Of a DNA stretch of 61,495 bases, positions 55,516-61,495 are shown piece by piece. Numbering within the stretch: the stretch's first letter is position 1; every line of letters starts with the position of its first letter. Source of the stretch: a virus; the UHGV virus genome UHGV-0177730, one strand, 5' to 3'. A program made the translations under genes and the position numbers. The notes beneath the pieces are model-generated. The model made no database searches. It was not told where the DNA came from and saw nothing but the letters and a program-made list of their open reading frames with translations.

Positions 55516-56256
55516 TTAAACAAACCAAGTACGAAGACTATTGCTCGCAGCTTGGCGCTGGTTAAACGGTCTCATCTCACCAAGAGTAACAACAGGCAGA
55601 ATACCTTTACTCTGCACAACATGAGACTTATAGAACTTAGACTTAGCTCTACTGATACCAGCACGGAACCGACGTAGATAATAGTTTACCATCTCAGGTC
55701 TAGCCCAAGACTTACCAGACATAGAATGCAAACGATACAGAGCACCGTCTACAATAGTATCCAACCATTCGTTGTACAGAAAGGTTGGCAGCATGTCAGC
55801 AGTACGAGAAGGACGAGCAGCTACACGAATGTGCAAACCGTTTGCAATAGATTGTGTAGGACGTTCCACAAGACGAATGACGTTAGGCATCTCAAAGAAG
55901 TAATGCGAAGGAACTTCCGCTTCTTGCAATCTCCAGTCAGGAGACAACGTGTCGAGATCTTGTTCATTAGTCTTAATAAGAACCTTGTACACCTGTTCTT
56001 TTTCAGCAGAATCGTCACCACAATTAGCGATGATCACCGTAAGAGGCTGAGCGATAGTGAGATCAGAGCTGATGTAATTCAGAGCGTACTTACTCTGGCC
56101 TTTCTCAAGGTCTGAACAAACATACACCTGTTCATACGCCATAGATTTATCACAGAACTCAATAACTGAACCTCGAATGGCATCCTTAATGTACGCCTCG
56201 GGGCAACCCACAACGTCAGGATAGACATGCAGGAAGAAGTCAGAAATAGGAATCAT
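55516..56256 (-). CDS. Head-tail joining / structural protein candidate
   Basis: 246-aa ORF; stop overlaps the upstream gene's start by 4 nt. Confidence 0.4.
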   Translation of the reverse strand: MIPISDFFLHVYPDVVGCPEAYIKDAIRGSVIEFCDKSMAYEQVYVCSDLEKGQSKYALNYISSDLTIAQPLTVIIANCGDDSAEKEQVYKVLIKTNEQDLDTLSPDWRLQEAEVPSHYFFEMPNVIRLVERPTQSIANGLHIRVAARPSRTADMLPTFLYNEWLDTIVDGALYRLHSMSGKSWARPEMVNYYLRRFRAGISRAKSKFYKSHVVQSKGILPVVTLGEMRPFNQRQAASNSLRTWFV

Positions 56257-56915
56257 TCAGAACCTCCTTGTGCAGGAGTACCAGCCTGTCGCGCAAGTGT
56301 CTGCATAGGATACGGAGACTTATCCTGCATCGTCATAGGACGTTGCATAGACACCATAGTCGTGAACTCTTGCAGGTACTGCTGAGCAAGCATTTGGTCT
56401 TGCTGAGAAGTACTATCAGAAGAGTAAGCCAAGTACAGAACGTACTTGTCAAGGGCTTCATCAAGCCAAGGAGATACCGTAATCGTCAAAGACGGATCAC
56501 TTACTTCAAGCACAGCCTGTACGTCAGGAACAAACTTATCAAAGTACAGAGACGTAAGTCTATCAAGAATATCTACAGTGTACTCAGTAATGTCATGAAT
56601 AGTAGTACCTGTCTCCCTACCCCAAGTAGGATACTTAGCAACAGCTTCAATGTAATCCACTAGCCTAGGGAAGGTGTTTTCTGTATCTTTAATAAGACCT
56701 TTAAATTTAATGAAGTCAGTTCCTGTGGGCACACTGACTGTAGACAATCCTGCAGCATCTTTAGTAAGCGGTACACTCACAGACTTACAAAACAAGTCAG
56801 GGCGAAGAACGTACAAATAGTGAAGAGCATTAGTTCTAAAGGCAGTGTACTGAGCATTTGTGAATCGAGTATTATCTACATCACCATAAAGAAGCTTAAC
56901 AGTGTCTATAGACAT
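56253..56915 (-). CDS. Structural protein candidate
   Basis: 220-aa ORF. Confidence 0.4.
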   Translation of the reverse strand: MSIDTVKLLYGDVDNTRFTNAQYTAFRTNALHYLYVLRPDLFCKSVSVPLTKDAAGLSTVSVPTGTDFIKFKGLIKDTENTFPRLVDYIEAVAKYPTWGRETGTTIHDITEYTVDILDRLTSLYFDKFVPDVQAVLEVSDPSLTITVSPWLDEALDKYVLYLAYSSDSTSQQDQMLAQQYLQEFTTMVSMQRPMTMQDKSPYPMQTLARQAGTPAQGGSE

Positions 56916-56930
56916 GTTAATCCTTATTAG

Positions 56931-57509
56931 TTAAACATTGACAGAATTCTTACGCGGACGACCGGGTCCACGCTTTACTGGCATCACCAGCTGAACGTCA
57001 AGAGCGTCAGCTTCCATCTTACCAACTTGTTCAGGAGTGGGAACCACTTCTTCCGTTCCATCAACCTGTTCCTCAACATAGCCAAGAAACGTATAGGGAT
57101 ACGTAGGAATGTGAACTTCAACAGTAGACTGCCGACCGAATTCATCCTGCTGCGTCTGATAAGACGTAGTGTAAGCACGGTCAATGCATTCACGAAGCAT
57201 GTACTCAGGAACAATTACTTCCTTGCCATAAGGAGCTTGGAAGTTCTTGCTGTTCACAGAAGCATACACATAAGGGCCAGCAGAAGGATTAGAAGACGTA
57301 TGAAAGATAACCCGACACTTACGTGCATTCTCGTTCATACTAGCGTGATCCTGTCTCCAGTCCATCAACAGTCTAATAGCGTGCTTACGAATAAGCTTAT
57401 TGTCTTCCGTCAACGGAATGTGCAGACCACGTTCAAAAAGCATATCCCGAACCTGCATGTCAGAAGCAGAGTTGAGATCGGTGTCAGTAAAAACAGGAGT
57501 GTTAGCCAT
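56931..57509 (-). CDS. Structural protein with a C-terminal AT-hook-like motif (KRGPGRPRKN)
   Basis: 192 aa, immediately downstream of the capsid gene. Confidence 0.45.
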   Translation of the reverse strand: MANTPVFTDTDLNSASDMQVRDMLFERGLHIPLTEDNKLIRKHAIRLLMDWRQDHASMNENARKCRVIFHTSSNPSAGPYVYASVNSKNFQAPYGKEVIVPEYMLRECIDRAYTTSYQTQQDEFGRQSTVEVHIPTYPYTFLGYVEEQVDGTEEVVPTPEQVGKMEADALDVQLVMPVKRGPGRPRKNSVNV

Positions 57510-57613
57510 AAAGAATATACCTTAAATTTAGTTTGTAGAGCTAGGTGTAGCAGAGCTAGATACGAGAAAGGGGAGAACCCCAAGAGTAGTTGTTCTCCCC
57601 ATATGGACAAGGT

Positions 57614-58651
57614 TTAGTAGTCGGTGCAAGCGACTTCAGCGCGAACCATCCAAGCCTGATTGAGAATCACGCAGGTCTGCATGGTCTTCCAAGCAACGTG
57701 GGCACGCTGAGCGAGCGGGTCAGATTCAGTATGAGAAGGATTGATAATCACCGGAGTCAGGGACTCAGCACCCTTCAGGGGCACCAGACCATAGGCATCC
57801 TTCGCAAGGAAGAGGATGGGATAAACGTCAGCCTTGGTACCGGTGGTAGAAACCATCGTGTCACCAGCAGCATTCGTCTTAGCACCACCAGCATCCGGCC
57901 AGCTCTTCATCAGAGTGGTGAAGAGGTAACGCACTCCTTCAACAGCACCGATTTCATTCTCCCACGGAGACGTGTTGCCGTAATCCTTCACGTCTTGGAA
58001 GTGAGGCATCGAACGGATGTCAGCTTCACAGTCGGGATGGCAGACAGCCACGAAGCAGGGGGAGATGGATTCAGTGTAGAAACGAGGCGTGGACTTAATG
58101 CTATCGGTCAGGAAGCGAGCCTTCTGGTTCTTCAGCTTACGCGTAATGCGACGCTGCATAGGCAGAGTGATGGGCGTGTTTACTTCATTGCGGGCACCAC
58201 CGTTCGCGTATTCAACGTTGGAACCGCCGAGCAGAACACCGATACGCATGTTTTCAACAGTTTCCGCAGCCTGTTCACCCACGATCTGCGTAACCTGTTC
58301 CATAACAGGGGAGTCGTTGGTATCGAGCAGAACGTCGGTCATGGTCACGAGGTTACCGTACTGATGCACAGTGGCTTCAATGTCGGTAACCGAGAAGGTC
58401 TGGGCAGTAGGCGTAACACCTTCGGTCAGTTCCTTCGGCGTGGCATCAAGCGATTCAAAGCGACGGAACTTAGCGGTCTTCGTGCTCTTGGTCGGCAGGG
58501 GATAAGCCTGACCAAACTTTTCAAACACGAGGTAAGGAAGAGCACGGATGAGCATCTTAGCAACGACATAGACATTAGCCATCGTGCTAAGAGTACCATC
58601 AGTAGAAGAACTGGTAGCACCAGTATGCATGATAGTATTCGGAGTAGCCAT
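57614..58651 (-). CDS. Major capsid protein
   Basis: 345 aa, GC-rich (highly expressed) codon usage, directly downstream of the scaffold-like gene. Confidence 0.65.
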   Translation of the reverse strand: MATPNTIMHTGATSSSTDGTLSTMANVYVVAKMLIRALPYLVFEKFGQAYPLPTKSTKTAKFRRFESLDATPKELTEGVTPTAQTFSVTDIEATVHQYGNLVTMTDVLLDTNDSPVMEQVTQIVGEQAAETVENMRIGVLLGGSNVEYANGGARNEVNTPITLPMQRRITRKLKNQKARFLTDSIKSTPRFYTESISPCFVAVCHPDCEADIRSMPHFQDVKDYGNTSPWENEIGAVEGVRYLFTTLMKSWPDAGGAKTNAAGDTMVSTTGTKADVYPILFLAKDAYGLVPLKGAESLTPVIINPSHTESDPLAQRAHVAWKTMQTCVILNQAWMVRAEVACTDY

Positions 58652-58681
58652 TAGATATAATTCCTAGTTTCAAAAACGAGT

Positions 58682-59635
58682 TTAGCGCGTCCTTCTGCTA
58701 CGTTCATACTCACGAGCAAGATCATCAAAAGACTTCTCACGAGGCTTGGCTTTAGGCTTATTGTTTATATCAATAGGTTCCTTGCCAGTACGAACTGCCA
58801 TAGCAGCGAGCACTTGTTTAACAATGTCTTCAGTCTCAGACGCAGGGTTTGTCTGCACCTGAGTAGAAGAAGCCCTAGTCATCTGTGGCTTATTAACACC
58901 ACGAGCAGACTTGTAGTCGTCCAGAAGAGAAATAACTTCCTGTGCCGTACCGTACTGATACACATACTTGGCACCGTTCTGCATCACAGGAGGCAGAGAG
59001 TTAATCCAAGTAAAGAGATCACCACTGTCCAATATCGCACTGATATCAGGGTGGGCAGCACGGATAGCACTGAAATGTTTATCCGCTTCGGACTGGAAGA
59101 TCTGCTGCTGAATAGGTTCAACCCGAGTCTTAAGCTCAGTCTCAACGTTCTTCTTAACAGCAGACACCTTGGTATCAACAAGCGTTTTCACTGCATTAGC
59201 AATTTCAGGATGAATCTCAAAGAGCTCCTTCACATTGTCAGGAAGGTCATCTGGCTCTTCCTTCGTCTGTGCAGGTGCATTCTTTGTCTCTTTGAGCTCC
59301 TGATACTTATGAGACAGATCTGTGAGTCTGCTAGCCCACAGAGCATTCTGTGCTTCAGCGTCACGCTTTGCCTTTTCATAAAGCTCTTTATAATTCAGAG
59401 GAAGCTCAGTGGTCTGTTGTTCATTCTGAACAGGGGCTTCTTGTTCTTGCTCCAGTTCTTCTGCAGGCTGAACTTCATCGTCATCATTCTGGCTCACGAC
59501 GTTTTCTTCTTCGGAAGGATCTTCAGGCTCACTCATGAAATCATCAAACGAGGGCTCTACCTTAGAGGGATCTTCGTAAGACTTCGCAAGTTCGTCGAAG
59601 GCTTCATTGAAATCTTTGTTGTTCTGATCGTTCAT
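58682..59635 (-). CDS. Scaffolding protein
   Basis: 317 aa, highly acidic and helical (EEE-rich). Located between the portal and capsid genes. Confidence 0.55.
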   Translation of the reverse strand: MNDQNNKDFNEAFDELAKSYEDPSKVEPSFDDFMSEPEDPSEEENVVSQNDDDEVQPAEELEQEQEAPVQNEQQTTELPLNYKELYEKAKRDAEAQNALWASRLTDLSHKYQELKETKNAPAQTKEEPDDLPDNVKELFEIHPEIANAVKTLVDTKVSAVKKNVETELKTRVEPIQQQIFQSEADKHFSAIRAAHPDISAILDSGDLFTWINSLPPVMQNGAKYVYQYGTAQEVISLLDDYKSARGVNKPQMTRASSTQVQTNPASETEDIVKQVLAAMAVRTGKEPIDINNKPKAKPREKSFDDLAREYERSRRTR

Positions 59636-59675
59636 ATTTTTATAACTAAGTTAGGGAGGGTTAATACCCTAAGTC

Positions 59676-59939
59676 CTAACTGGCTTGGCTCATGAGCAAG
59701 TTATCCGAAAGGGGCTCGCTCCCAAGTTCCAGTACATCCAAGAGCTTTTGTACCATACGTAGTTCACCGATAAGTCGGTCTACGTTGTCAGTATTATCAG
59801 GACTTAGTAACTTACTGTACCGTTGGCTCCTAAGAACCTTCAGATAAGCAACTATATTTTTTTGTAGATCGGCATTGGCCGTGAGTCTGAAGGCTTTCTC
59901 CAAACTCACACGCCTACCGTTAAGTGGTGTATCAGTCAT
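59676..59939 (-). CDS. Small hypothetical protein between portal and scaffold genes
   Basis: 87-aa ORF. Confidence 0.35.
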   Translation of the reverse strand: MTDTPLNGRRVSLEKAFRLTANADLQKNIVAYLKVLRSQRYSKLLSPDNTDNVDRLIGELRMVQKLLDVLELGSEPLSDNLLMSQAS

Positions 59940-59940
59940 A

Positions 59941-61491
59941 TTAACTCTGAGGATACGCTTGTTCAGGCTGACTAATCAGAGACATATCTTCACGAAGCTG
60001 TCTCAGACTATCAATCAAAGCCGCAGGACTAACACCTTCAGACCGTGCAGTCTCGACCATATCGGTCATCCACTGACGTTCTTCCTGAGCTTGCTTCTGT
60101 GCTTGCTGCTTCTGAACTTCAATCTCCTTGTCAGAGTACACCAAGTTGTCATCAGAAAGATCAAGGGCGTCAGCGATCGAACGAATAATGCTCGGACGTT
60201 TAACAGTACCAAGGTCAACCTGATTGTTAGTGATCTGCGCGAAGTTAATCAGACTCTGTGCTCTGATTTCCTTAGCGATGAGAGATGAAGTACCACGAGC
60301 TTGAACAGCATAGTCACCTTTGATATCAGCATCACTATTGAACTTCATGTTCCAGTGATACATAGCAGAAATAAACGGCTTAGTGATGCCATCATCAAAG
60401 TTCTTGACCTGATCCTTAATCGTAATGTTTGCAGAACCCATCAACATAGACAGACCGGAAGCAGTACGACCGGCAGCACCAGAAGGTTCTCCCCACATCT
60501 GACGAGGAATAGAAGTAACTTCATCCCCATAGCTGCGGAAGAGTTCAATCATCCGTTCAAATTCAGTAGTATAACTGGGAAGCTGGAAGACACGAATAGC
60601 AGGGTTAGCAGCATCAGCTCCTTCACCTGTACGCATCCATACCTTAAACGGATAGACATCACGAGGATCTTCGTCTTCCGACATAAGGTCAAGGTTTACT
60701 TCAATCTGAGGACCAGCAGAGATTGCAGCGTTGTCCAGCATAGCTCTGAACGCACTATTAATCAACTCCTGAACATCAGACATAATAGACGGAATACCTT
60801 CACCAAAGATGGAGGTTTCGTCTTTATCATAATAATAGAAGAAGTAAGGCCACTTAACGCCTTCCATAGGCATGAGAGACGCTTTAATGACGTGGTTACC
60901 AAGTACCCAAATGTTTGCAGCCAGTTCTACCTGACCTTGCATACGTTCAGGAATCTCAACACCAACCTGACTCAGATCATCAGCATCTACAAAACCCCAG
61001 AACTCAAACACTTCGTACTTCTTAGAGTGAGCAGCATCAGCAACACCGCTGTCAATTACATCACCCATAGAGGTAAGCTGGTTTTCAAAGTCCTTCTTCT
61101 GATAATCACCTTCAGGATTCTCAGCAACATAAGTAGAGATTACGTCCCCATTGAAGTCTGATCTCTTTCCGAGACCGATGACATCGTGCTTATCCATCTT
61201 ACGTCGCTGAATGATGTATCTACATTCGGAGGGGCAAGTAGCTTCCATGTCCGGGTAGATATCCCATATGCGGACGTTTTCGATGAAGGGCGTGATGGAG
61301 TCATAATCACAGAGTATCCACTTCTCTTTGTCTCCATTCTTTTCCTTCTTATAGTACTGACGGTTTTCAGAAATAGAAACAAGAGGCCCTTTAAGAATAC
61401 CAGTACCATACAGATTACCAGAATGCATAACATCCCGCATAATCTCACGGTACTTCAACTCAGCAAGCTGGTCTTCAATAACCTTAGACAT
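59941..61491 (-). CDS. Portal protein (C-terminal ~516 aa; probably continuous with 1..533 across the window junction)
   Basis: Positioned between terL and the scaffold gene. Acidic C-terminus with QQAQKQAQEE. In-frame continuity with the ORF at the opposite window edge. Confidence 0.7.
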   Translation of the reverse strand: MSKVIEDQLAELKYREIMRDVMHSGNLYGTGILKGPLVSISENRQYYKKEKNGDKEKWILCDYDSITPFIENVRIWDIYPDMEATCPSECRYIIQRRKMDKHDVIGLGKRSDFNGDVISTYVAENPEGDYQKKDFENQLTSMGDVIDSGVADAAHSKKYEVFEFWGFVDADDLSQVGVEIPERMQGQVELAANIWVLGNHVIKASLMPMEGVKWPYFFYYYDKDETSIFGEGIPSIMSDVQELINSAFRAMLDNAAISAGPQIEVNLDLMSEDEDPRDVYPFKVWMRTGEGADAANPAIRVFQLPSYTTEFERMIELFRSYGDEVTSIPRQMWGEPSGAAGRTASGLSMLMGSANITIKDQVKNFDDGITKPFISAMYHWNMKFNSDADIKGDYAVQARGTSSLIAKEIRAQSLINFAQITNNQVDLGTVKRPSIIRSIADALDLSDDNLVYSDKEIEVQKQQAQKQAQEERQWMTDMVETARSEGVSPAALIDSLRQLREDMSLISQPEQAYPQS

Positions 61492-61495
61492 CTTG

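Noticed and set aside
1-61495. CRISPR array, integrase/att sites, toxin-antitoxin pairs
   Set aside because: No regularly spaced direct repeats, no tyrosine or serine recombinase motifs, and no recognisable TA pair were seen. The genome looks strictly lytic.

Overview
This 61.5-kb window reads as a complete, circularly permuted dsDNA phage genome with podovirus-like organisation. The break point falls inside the portal gene: the minus-strand ORF at 1..533 runs off the left edge in frame with the portal ORF 59941..61491 at the right edge. The genome has two convergent transcription blocks that meet at a bidirectional terminator near 36.70 kb.

Plus strand:
- An isolated gene cassette (3131..4024) with its own promoter and terminator.
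- A 2.7-kb ORF-free regulatory region (4025..6710).
- About 30 small early genes of unknown function, including lipoprotein/secreted candidates, a GNAT acetyltransferase, a paralogous gene pair, and two large proteins with C-terminal zinc-ribbon arrays.
- A T7-like replication and nucleotide-metabolism module: primase, DnaB-like helicase, family-A DNA polymerase, Fe-S PD-(D/E)XK nuclease, T7 endonuclease I homologue, ATP-dependent ligase, M15 peptidase (endolysin), DHH-DHHA1 phosphoesterase, ThyX, DUF1653 and several zinc-ribbon mini-proteins.

Minus strand: a ~28-kb late operon with a small (TerS-candidate) terminase subunit, large terminase, portal, scaffold, major capsid protein, tail proteins, a 1173-aa fibre with three tandem FN3-like repeats, internal virion proteins, a 2326-aa giant protein and a membrane-protein holin candidate.

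No single-subunit or virion RNA polymerase could be recognised. Several strong sigma70-type promoters (TTGACA-N16/17-TATAAT-like) suggest host-RNAP-driven transcription. No tRNA, CRISPR array or integrase was found.

Most-upstream ATGs were replaced where a better RBS-backed start was visible. All functional calls rest on motifs read by eye and need a database search for confirmation.
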